A stretch of DNA of 64,000 nucleotides from an uncultured Gammaproteobacteria bacterium (GTDB taxonomy: Bacteria; Patescibacteriota; Patescibacteriia; Magasanikbacterales; UBA922), in contig CAYQNA010000004.1 of the NCBI GenBank assembly GCA_964418775.1, forward strand, positions 14,230 through 78,229, in the 5' to 3' direction. The notes under the pieces were generated by a model. That model made no database searches and had not been told where the DNA came from. It saw only the letters and a program-made list of their open reading frames with translations. Every line of letters begins with the position of its first letter. The stretch's first letter is position 1. Positions 25,729 through 33,633 of the stretch are shown one piece after another. The translations under genes were made by a program, and so were the position numbers.

Positions 25729-25840
25729 TTCTTACTATAGCAGAGTCTGGGAATGTGTCAATAGTACCGCGCCGCGTTAATATTGACCCGCACACAAACC
25801 GAGCTTATACTGAGTGCTTAGCTTTTTAATTTCACAATCT

Positions 25841-26338
25841 ATGCAAGGAGGGCATAATTTTGCGTTTATTGATAGTCAGAATTTAAATAAAAGTATTGAA
25901 AAACAAGGCTGGACACTTGATTATCAAAGATTCAGAATTTATTTAAAAGAGAAATATGATATCCAGGAGGCTTTTTTATTTTTCGGTTATTTAAAAAATC
26001 ACCAAGCCACTTACCATTCACTCAAAAAATGGGGTTACAAAATAATCTTTAAGCCAGTCGTATTCGGGCCCAATGGTAAACCAAAAGGTAATATTGATGG
26101 GGAGCTGATACTTCACACCATGATTCAATACACTAATTTTAACAAAGCAGTCATCGTAAGTGGCGATGGTGATTTTTATTGTTTAATTGAATATTTAAAA
26201 TCACAAGATAAACTTGCTTACATCATTATTCCGAGCGCGCATGAGTACTCAAAACTACTCCGGCCCTTTATGCAGGACCATGGTTTGTACATGCGCGATC
26301 TTCGAGGCAAAGTTGAATACGAAAAATCCTCTAATTAG
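25841..26338 (+). CDS. NYN/LabA (PIN-like) domain protein
   Basis: FIDSQNL, KGNIDGEL and VSGDGDF acidic motifs; promoter TTGACC-17-TATACT at 25783-25811. Confidence 0.88.
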   Translation: MQGGHNFAFIDSQNLNKSIEKQGWTLDYQRFRIYLKEKYDIQEAFLFFGYLKNHQATYHSLKKWGYKIIFKPVVFGPNGKPKGNIDGELILHTMIQYTNFNKAVIVSGDGDFYCLIEYLKSQDKLAYIIIPSAHEYSKLLRPFMQDHGLYMRDLRGKVEYEKSSN

Positions 26339-26401
26339 AGGATTTTTCGTTGAGAGGCATTATCCGTCGGACTAACCCTAGGCGTGTCCTCTCTCTCAGT
26401 T
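26319..26401 (-). ncRNA. Candidate small RNA convergent with the NYN gene
   Basis: Minus-strand promoter TTGACA-17-TATTAT (26408-26436); GAGAGG/CCTCTC stem; ends in a perfect 32-bp palindrome (26319-26350) covering the NYN stop codon. Confidence 0.5.
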
Positions 26402-26432
26402 ATTTACATAATAACCTACAGCCTAAAGCTTG

Positions 26433-26660
26433 TCAAGCTTCGCCACGACGCAATCGTGCGAGTTCATCGATTAGTTGATGTAGTTTTTTCACTGCCTCGG
26501 GTTTGGCACCAGCTGGTTCAGTCAGGCGCGCGAGACTGCGCACGGCTACTTGGAATAAGTCGCCAAAGTACGCTTCGTTTAGCGCTGCCCGAGTGCGCTT
26601 GGTTTGGGGTTGGTCACGCAGAACCCGGATTAAGGGGTTCAGCATATATGTGCGTGGCAT
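26433..26660 (-). CDS. Small hypothetical helical protein
   Basis: 75-aa ORF starting 1 nt after the radC stop. Confidence 0.45.
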   Translation of the reverse strand: MPRTYMLNPLIRVLRDQPQTKRTRAALNEAYFGDLFQVAVRSLARLTEPAGAKPEAVKKLHQLIDELARLRRGEA

Positions 26661-26661
26661 A

Positions 26662-27402
26662 CTAGTTGTACACTACGTCAACACTCGCCCACTTGTTGCC
26701 ACCCACAATCACGTGATCAACAATGCCAATCCCAATAATTTTACCAACCTGCACGAGCTGTTCGGTAATCTCAATGTCAGCTTCGCTGGCCTTGGTAATT
26801 CCCGACGGATGATTGTGCACCAAAATAATCCCGGCTGCCCCGTATTCAATCGCGGGTTTAAACACCTCGCGCGGGTGAATTAAATTAGCATTAATGGTGC
26901 CAATCGAAATTACTTCGTCGTGAATGACACGGTAATGCGTATTCAAATAAATGCCGCGCAAATGTTCTTTGGGTAAACGCTCCATGTCGCGCACATAATT
27001 GTGAACATCTTTGCCCGTGCGCAACACCGCCAAACCCGAAGTACGTTGTGGGTAAAAACGGCGCCCCAACTCGCCACAGGCCACGATTTGCGCCGCTTTG
27101 GTGAGTGGAATTCCCAAATCCTCGGCCAAACGGGTTGGGTTGGTTTGACTAAAAATGGTCCGCTCGCCGTACTCTTTTACAATCCGCGTGGCCATGGTCA
27201 TCACGTCCTCGCGCGTGGTGCCCGTGCCCAGCACAACAGCCAACAATTCCTGCACTGACAAATTACCTGGACCGGTTTTGACCAGGCGCTCGCGGGGACG
27301 GTCCTCGTCGGCCATGTCCCGAATTTTCATAACATAAGTCCGGCCCTGGTCGACCATTTGATTGGTCACGACAGCAGCCTGTTCTAACATTGTATATGCC
27401 AT
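26662..27402 (-). CDS. radC: RadC family JAB/MPN protein
   Basis: RPRERL, ELLAVVLGTG, HPREVF, VHNHPSG, DHVIVG. Confidence 0.95.
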   Translation of the reverse strand: MAYTMLEQAAVVTNQMVDQGRTYVMKIRDMADEDRPRERLVKTGPGNLSVQELLAVVLGTGTTREDVMTMATRIVKEYGERTIFSQTNPTRLAEDLGIPLTKAAQIVACGELGRRFYPQRTSGLAVLRTGKDVHNYVRDMERLPKEHLRGIYLNTHYRVIHDEVISIGTINANLIHPREVFKPAIEYGAAGIILVHNHPSGITKASEADIEITEQLVQVGKIIGIGIVDHVIVGGNKWASVDVVYN

Positions 27403-27472
27403 AGAAGTTAATTAACGCGCTCTTGCCCCTATAATACACCTTTTCCCTAGGGCCAGCAAACCCGGCCCAGGG

Positions 27473-27501
27473 TTGACGACACACCCTATTTTGGATATAA
27501 T
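27473..27501 (+). promoter_or_regulatory. Sigma70 promoter of the tRNA-Ser cluster
   Basis: TTGACG-17 nt-TATAAT. Confidence 0.8.
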
Positions 27502-27513
27502 CGCCCCACTGCT

Positions 27514-27600
27514 GGAGAGATGGCTGAGCGGTTTAAGGCGACAGTCTTGAAAACTGTTGAGGATGCAAGTCCTCCGTGGGTTCGAATCCCACTCTCTCCG
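27514..27600 (+). tRNA. tRNA-Ser(TGA)
   Basis: ACAGT-CTTGAAA-ACTGT anticodon arm, long variable arm, G73. Confidence 0.95.
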
Positions 27601-27624
27601 CTTGGTGCACATTGACAATTCACT

Positions 27625-27711
27625 GGAGAGTTGGCTGAGTGGTCGATAGCAACAGTTTACTAAACTGTAGTCCCTTTACGGGGACCGGGGGTTCGAATCC
27701 CTCACTCTCCG
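27625..27711 (+). tRNA. tRNA-Ser(ACT), rare A34 anticodon
   Basis: GGAGAGT/ACTCTCC acceptor, ACAGT-TTACTAA-ACTGT anticodon arm, variable arm GTCCC/GGGAC, G73. Confidence 0.9.
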
Positions 27712-27743
27712 CGAAAACAGGCAAAATCACCAAAAAACACCAT

Positions 27744-27828
27744 GGAGAGGTGTCAGAGTGGCCGATCGTGCAGCTTTGCTAAAGCTGTGTTCCGCAAGGA
27801 ACCGCGGGTTCGAATCCCGCCCTCTCCG
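27744..27828 (+). tRNA. tRNA-Ser(GCT)
   Basis: CAGCT-TTGCTAA-AGCTG anticodon arm, variable arm GTTCC-GCAA-GGAAC, G73. Confidence 0.95.
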
Positions 27829-27869
27829 CACATTGTCAACGCACAATTTAAACCTTAAGGGTAACCACT

Positions 27870-28295
27870 ATGACCGCGATAAACCCCTACATCAACTTCA
27901 ACGGTAATGCCGAAGAGGCTTTTTTGTTTTACCAATCTGTTTTTGGTGGCGAATTTACTAGCCTCGTTCGTTTCAAAGACTTGGCCAGTGCTGAATTTCC
28001 AATTCCCGAAAATGAAGCGAACAAAATCATGCGCATTGTGTTGCCAATTGGTAACAGTGTTTTGATTGCTAATGATATTCCCGAAGTCATGGGACGCGTC
28101 AACGAAAATGAAAACCGCAGCAAAATCGCGGTGAGTGCAGACACAAAAGAAGAAGCCGAAAGAATTTTCAATGGACTCTCGGTGGGCGGCACGGTGGAAA
28201 TGCCCATGGACCAAAGCCCTTGGGGCACGTACTTTGCCATGTTTAGAGACAAGTACGGGATTGAGTGGACCGTGGAATTTGATCCAAAACAATAA
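27870..28295 (+). CDS. VOC/PhnB family protein
   Basis: INPYINFNGNAEEAF.FY.SVFG ... PWG.YFAM.RDKYGIEW. Confidence 0.9.
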   Translation: MTAINPYINFNGNAEEAFLFYQSVFGGEFTSLVRFKDLASAEFPIPENEANKIMRIVLPIGNSVLIANDIPEVMGRVNENENRSKIAVSADTKEEAERIFNGLSVGGTVEMPMDQSPWGTYFAMFRDKYGIEWTVEFDPKQ

Positions 28296-28307
28296 TTAGT
28301 ACATCGT

Positions 28308-28745
28308 ATGGCTGAATTGAAAACACAAGTAAATAAAGCCAGTGTTTCGAAATTTTTGAACACGATCACCGACGAGCAAAAGCGCGCAGATTGTTTGGTG
28401 ATTTCGCGAATGATGGAAAAAGCCACTAAATCCAAACCCGAAATGTGGGGCACGGCGATTGTTGGTTTTGGGCGCATGACGTACACATATGCCAACGGCA
28501 AAGAGGGCGAATGGATGCTGATTGGTTTTTCGCCACGCAAAGGTTACATTGCACTCTATGGTTTAAAAGTGTTCAGCATGGCCGAGGGTAAATTAAAAAC
28601 AGACAAGGGAGCCAATGATTTCCTTTTAAAACTAGGTAAATACAAGGAAGGCGGCGGCTGCATCTACATCAACAAACTGGCTGACGTAAACACCAAAGAG
28701 CTTGAGAAAATTATTAAGCTCGCAGTTGGCCGAAAAAAAAGTTGA
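28308..28745 (+). CDS. DUF1801 (YdhG-like) protein
   Basis: MWGTAIVGFG, GFSPRK, LGKYK.GGGCIYINKLAD. Confidence 0.85.
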   Translation: MAELKTQVNKASVSKFLNTITDEQKRADCLVISRMMEKATKSKPEMWGTAIVGFGRMTYTYANGKEGEWMLIGFSPRKGYIALYGLKVFSMAEGKLKTDKGANDFLLKLGKYKEGGGCIYINKLADVNTKELEKIIKLAVGRKKS

Positions 28746-28754
28746 TAGATGTGT

Positions 28755-29206
28755 ATGAAAATCTATTTTGCCGGCTCAATTCGCGGCGGACGCGAAGACA
28801 AAGATTTATACCTGGAGATCATCAAAAAACTCGCTGTCTACGGTCAAGTACTTACTGAACATGTTGGTAAAAAACCCTTTCGGAAATGGGTGAAACCGGC
28901 CCGTCGGATGAGTTTATTTTTGCCCGCGACTTGGCTTGGCTCAACGATGCCGATGTGGTAGTGGCCGAAGTAACCACACCCTCACTTGGGGTTGGCTACG
29001 AGCTTGGGTACACCAGCGGCAAAAAACCGATTCTAGCCCTCTACCGTCCGCGTGAAAATGCTCGTGTTTCGGCCATGATTAGCGGGTGTCCTGAAATTCG
29101 TATCAGTCAGTACAGCAAACTTGATGACGTGGATAGTTTACTCGCTGATTTTTTCAAACAAATTGAGCAAACATTTTCTCTCACGACAAAGTGCGACAAT
29201 AAGTAG
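28755..29206 (+). pseudogene. Nucleoside 2-deoxyribosyltransferase / DNPH1-like hydrolase, frameshifted at an A6 run (28869-28874)
   Basis: MKIYFAGSIRGGR...VLTEHV in one frame and D..WL...DVVVAEVTTPSLGVGYELG...SAMI in another; one extra A joins them. Confidence 0.8.
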
Positions 29207-29238
29207 AAAAACCTATCAAAAAAGCGTATACTGTAGGC

Positions 29239-30492
29239 ATGCCCAAAAAGCCTGTCAACATTTTTTGGAAATTTACCCCCTTCTGGCTGTTTTTGTTGTT
29301 GTTTAAATTTGGCGGGGGCTTACATTACTCATTAATTTCACCCTTAGGTGAACAGATATATCCTCTTTGGATAGTTGGCTTACTAATGGGCGGTAGCGCA
29401 TTTACACAACTACTTTTTGATGTACCGGCCGGCCATATCTTAGACCGATACGGATACCGCCGCATGCTGTTGATAACCACAGCGGTCTTTATGTTAGCAG
29501 CCGCATGCTTGCTTTTTGGACTAAGTCGCATCACCTATGTGACCAGTATTTGCATTTCTATTTTTGGCTGGCTTTTTTTTGGGCCAGGCGAAAGTGCATA
29601 TACATTAGCTCACGCACCCAAAGAAGCAACCGGTAAATTTATCTCATTTCGTGACATAGCCGGTGCCACAGGAGTAATGATTGCAGGCGCTTTTGTCCCT
29701 TTTGGCTTATTACTTAAACCAAGTACGCTTGGAGCCGTATTGTTTATCTTACTTGGTCTAGCCTTTTTGGCAATCTGGTTTAGCCCGCCCGACGCCAAGC
29801 CAATCCACAGAGAAATTAAAATCCCGACTCAAGCACACTATGTTCGCCGACACTCATTTAGCGCCCTCTGCTTAGTAATAAAAAAATTAAATCCGGCCAG
29901 CAGCACCCTACTGCTCCTAAATTTAGCGGCTGGTATTTTTTATGGTGCGGTCTGGTTTGTAGTGCCGCTTGTGATTGCTCACCACGATGATGCTGGAGCT
30001 CTTAGCATGGGCTTAAGTGTTTTTGATTTTGCCATTGTTTTGTTGGGCTACATAATTGGCAATCTAGCCGATAAATTCAATCGCCGTAAACTTGTCTTTA
30101 TTGGTTTGTTAATCTTTGCTTTTTCTGGACTACTTATTGGTTTTAACTTTGGTATTTTATTTTTGCTATTTGGTTTTCTGGCTACAGCTGGTGATGAATT
30201 GGCCGGTCTATCCCTATGGTCTTGGTTATACACTTTGGACAAAAATCATGCCCATGATGGAGCGGTAGCTGGTGTCTTAAGTTTAGCGCTTGATCTCGGT
30301 TGGGCAATAGGCCCAATCGCCGCTGGTTTTATGTACACACAGCTTGGACCAACATGGACTATTACCTACGGCGCCATCCCGATTGTTTTGGTTTGGGGTT
30401 TGTACACACTAATGGCCCACCGTCATCAACCACGTCAGCCTTGGCCAGGCACGATTCCTGTCCGCCCACGACGCCTGCGTCACAAAACCTAG
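29239..30492 (+). CDS. MFS transporter
   Basis: About 12 TM segments; GHILDRYGYRR and GNLADKFNRRK motif A repeats. Confidence 0.9.
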   Translation: MPKKPVNIFWKFTPFWLFLLLFKFGGGLHYSLISPLGEQIYPLWIVGLLMGGSAFTQLLFDVPAGHILDRYGYRRMLLITTAVFMLAAACLLFGLSRITYVTSICISIFGWLFFGPGESAYTLAHAPKEATGKFISFRDIAGATGVMIAGAFVPFGLLLKPSTLGAVLFILLGLAFLAIWFSPPDAKPIHREIKIPTQAHYVRRHSFSALCLVIKKLNPASSTLLLLNLAAGIFYGAVWFVVPLVIAHHDDAGALSMGLSVFDFAIVLLGYIIGNLADKFNRRKLVFIGLLIFAFSGLLIGFNFGILFLLFGFLATAGDELAGLSLWSWLYTLDKNHAHDGAVAGVLSLALDLGWAIGPIAAGFMYTQLGPTWTITYGAIPIVLVWGLYTLMAHRHQPRQPWPGTIPVRPRRLRHKT

Positions 30493-30526
30493 ACACCCAC
30501 ACCCAAAGCGCCTATACTGAACGGGT

Positions 30527-31129
30527 ATGGATGTCCAGACAATCCAAACCTACAACCAAATGGCCGCCGCCTACGATGCCGAAACTGCGGATTTTTGGGA
30601 TAAATTCCCGCGCGATTTTTTTGATTCGTTTGCACAATCTGTTCACGGCACTATTCTTAATGTTGGGTGTGGACCAGGTCGCGATGCGCTCCTGCTGCAA
30701 GAACGAGGCCTAAACTTAACATGCCTCGATGCGTCCGAAACCATGGTCAAAATCTGCCAGGACAAGGGGCTGCACGCGGTGGTGGGTGATTTTTTGCAGT
30801 TGCCATTTGCCCCTAATTCATTTAATGGTGTGTGGGCATACACTTCGCTCCTCCATGTACCCAAAACACAAGTCGACACCGCGTTCGCCGAGATTAGCCG
30901 CGTCCTAACACCCAAAGGCATGCTTGGGTTAGGGTTAATCGAAGGCACTACCGAAGAATATAAACTTGGTGTCAAAAATACCGGCGTTACGATGCCACGC
31001 TGGTTTAGTTACTACACCAAACAAGAGGTTGAGGTGCTGTTAACTAAACACAACTTCACGATTAAATCGTTCGTAAACTTCCAACCAAGCAAGCGCATGT
31101 ATTTAAATTTTATTGCGCAGAAAAATTGA
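30527..31129 (+). CDS. Class I SAM-dependent methyltransferase
   Basis: ILNVGCGPG, LDASETM, GDFLQLPF, SLLHVP. Confidence 0.9.
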   Translation: MDVQTIQTYNQMAAAYDAETADFWDKFPRDFFDSFAQSVHGTILNVGCGPGRDALLLQERGLNLTCLDASETMVKICQDKGLHAVVGDFLQLPFAPNSFNGVWAYTSLLHVPKTQVDTAFAEISRVLTPKGMLGLGLIEGTTEEYKLGVKNTGVTMPRWFSYYTKQEVEVLLTKHNFTIKSFVNFQPSKRMYLNFIAQKN

Positions 31130-31132
31130 AAC

Positions 31133-32125
31133 ATGCATTACGTCCCTGAATTCTACTATTTATATAATCAACCCGAGTTTCCATTGGCAAAGGCCATTCG
31201 GATTATAGCCACCCACCTGGCCCAATTTTGCTCCTATTACGAAGCCAGATTAATAGTTCCGAATAAGGGAGTTTTGGTTACAGAAAAACGCGGTGAGCTT
31301 CCAGCTTCTTCAAGCAAAAAAGTACAATTCGTTGCCGAATTATTACAATGGTTCATTAACAATTCCGAATTCCCTGATTTGTTTTGTTTACGTTTATATA
31401 ACGAACCACGCACCCCTCAAGAATGCGCAATTTTTGACCACAGTGATGACACGTGTTGCTGGGTTTTAAATATTTCTGAGACACAATTCACCTCGCTGCA
31501 GTATGCATGGCAAGAGGCAGGGTTGCCACGCGATTTATTTTACCCCGAAAAACAAACGATTATTGTGACTAAACCACTGGATTGGTTTGGTCGTGCTCTG
31601 ACGCACATTGGTTTTACATTTAATGGTGGTCGTCATTACACACCCAAACAATGGGCGGAAAAAATGTCGCGTGCCACAATTAGTATTAAATTATTGAGTG
31701 GAAAAAATATTCCAACTGCAATTGCAATGGCGCAAACTATTTTCAATTCTTCCCCCGAAGAAACAGTCGCCTATTTAAACCCAGCGGACTGGAAACAAAA
31801 GATTAAAAACGGTGCACTTTTGTTTGGCGCCACAGTTGATACAATCCCAGCTGGTTTTGTATTTGCCTACCCAATCGAGGCAAAGCGTTTACATATCTGG
31901 CACGCTGGTGTTTTGCCCGAATATCGCGGACACAAAATTTGGTCAGAACTGTATCAAGCAGTTGAAGCCAAAGCGCGCGAACTCGGTTACCTAGAACTCA
32001 CGCTCCACACGTACCCGGACCGTTTTCCTGAAATGTATAATTTCGCCCAGAAAAACGGGTTTATACCATACGTGCCAAATCGAGAGCCAGAACCAGACAA
32101 AACATACTTCCTAAAAACTATCTAA
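31133..32125 (+). CDS. Unknown N-terminal domain fused to a GNAT acetyltransferase
   Basis: C-terminal HIWHAGVLPEYRGHKI ... MYNFAQKNGF GNAT motifs. Confidence 0.75.
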   Translation: MHYVPEFYYLYNQPEFPLAKAIRIIATHLAQFCSYYEARLIVPNKGVLVTEKRGELPASSSKKVQFVAELLQWFINNSEFPDLFCLRLYNEPRTPQECAIFDHSDDTCCWVLNISETQFTSLQYAWQEAGLPRDLFYPEKQTIIVTKPLDWFGRALTHIGFTFNGGRHYTPKQWAEKMSRATISIKLLSGKNIPTAIAMAQTIFNSSPEETVAYLNPADWKQKIKNGALLFGATVDTIPAGFVFAYPIEAKRLHIWHAGVLPEYRGHKIWSELYQAVEAKARELGYLELTLHTYPDRFPEMYNFAQKNGFIPYVPNREPEPDKTYFLKTI

Positions 32126-32127
32126 AT

Positions 32128-32562
32128 ATGCCTGAAACAATTTCTATTTTCTCGCTTCAGAATCCTTCATCAGCTTCACCAATGGCGCGTGATGCGTTTT
32201 ACCAGGCCCAGGTTGATTCTTTTAAACGTGGTGAAAAGCCAACGCAAGCGATTGGTATTTTTGACGTGCTTTTGTTTACAGAAAACAAAGAAATTATTTT
32301 GCAAAAACGCTCGCCGAAAAAATCACACAACCCATATTTAATTGATAAAACCGTGGGCGGCCATATTCAATACGGCGACTCGGTTTTTTACACGGCCATG
32401 ATCGAAAGTGTTCAAGAACTTAAAATTCCCTCGGTCACTTTGCGCGATGGCGAAGATTTCATGCGTACGCTAACAACGTTACGCAATTATTTGGAAAATG
32501 TGGCGGTCCTCGAGTTAATCGATAACAAGTCCACAGATCAACACGCTTCTGGAAAAAATTAG
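32128..32562 (+). pseudogene. NUDIX-like hydrolase, apparently 3'-truncated
   Basis: ILQKRS.KK.HNP.LIDKTVGGH...ESVQEL, ending soon afterwards in an unrelated-looking tail. Confidence 0.5.
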
Positions 32563-32586
32563 TTAGGGCCTGTATACTAGGCCCAT

Positions 32587-33570
32587 ATGCATGAAGACCA
32601 ACTTTTGTCCCAAAAAGCGTTCGCCGCCCTGTCCAAAGACGTTAACCAAACTGTGAGCCAATATTCGTGGTTAGGCCAATATGGCAATGAATTCCTGTGG
32701 TTTGGGCTGCGCTTGGCCTTATTTTTCTCGGGCTTTGGCTTATTTAGCTTAAGCCACGTTTGGTGGACACGCCTTGCTAGCATTGCCATAATCGCCTATG
32801 CATTTTACGGTATTGGCATCACTGGCACACACGAAAGTCGCCACAATGCGTTTGTGCGCACGCGCCGCGCCAACGAACGTTGGGGTTATTTTTTTGGTGA
32901 TTTTTGGAGTGGCGAAAGCAGCCTGTGGTGGTATTCACACCACGTGCAAGACCACCATGTGTACACAAACATTCACGGCAAAGACGAAGAATACTTCTCG
33001 TTTCCTTGGATCAATCGCTACATTTATTTTTTTCTCGCACCATACTTGATGCTTTTTTTGCTTGTGTACGGAAGCATTAAATTTTTGTGGGGCAAATGGC
33101 GCGATTTGTCCGTGTATTCAGTTTTAGCAATTGCCGGCTACGCGTTCCAAACCTGGTTGTTCGCATTTACGGTATCGTGGCCATGGGCAATTTTTTGCAC
33201 CTGGCTTATGCGCAGTTTTTATTCGCCTGTATTCATGCACCTTGCACTTTTTAACCACATTGGGCTCGAGCGCCTTTTGGAAAAAATTCCCTGGCTTCCC
33301 CACCAAACCAAAACCACACGCAACCTAAAACCAAATTGGTTCTTGGTTGGCATGGGCGGCAATGCGTTTGTGCATCGTCACATCGAGCACCACCTCTTCC
33401 CCAGCATTTCCAATCGCATGCTTGTAAAGATTCACCCGCTTGTTCAGAGCGCGCTTAAAAACGAGGGCTATATGTATATCGAACAAACGTACAGCGAGTG
33501 TTTGCGCCTGTGCCTGGTGAATTACAAACAACTCTTCCTCAAAGGCCCGCCACCAATTATGGTGCGCTAG
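32587..33570 (+). CDS. Membrane fatty acid desaturase family protein
   Basis: His boxes HESRH, HHVQDHH and HIEHHLFP, with TM segments. Confidence 0.88.
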   Translation: MHEDQLLSQKAFAALSKDVNQTVSQYSWLGQYGNEFLWFGLRLALFFSGFGLFSLSHVWWTRLASIAIIAYAFYGIGITGTHESRHNAFVRTRRANERWGYFFGDFWSGESSLWWYSHHVQDHHVYTNIHGKDEEYFSFPWINRYIYFFLAPYLMLFLLVYGSIKFLWGKWRDLSVYSVLAIAGYAFQTWLFAFTVSWPWAIFCTWLMRSFYSPVFMHLALFNHIGLERLLEKIPWLPHQTKTTRNLKPNWFLVGMGGNAFVHRHIEHHLFPSISNRMLVKIHPLVQSALKNEGYMYIEQTYSECLRLCLVNYKQLFLKGPPPIMVR

Positions 33571-33633
33571 TGTCTGCCCAACCTCGTCGTTTACATCACA
33601 AATCTAGACTGAACAAAAGCAGCAACGCATTAC

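Noticed and set aside
27659-27661. AGA reassigned from Arg to Ser by tRNA-Ser(ACT)
   Set aside because: AGA encodes the conserved Arg3 of ribosomal protein S19 (60114-60116). This is a single data point, but nothing seen supports reassignment.
28866-28877. Programmed -1 ribosomal frameshift
   Set aside because: The in-frame context T-AAA-AAA is not a canonical X-XXY-YYZ heptamer, and I saw no clear stimulatory structure.
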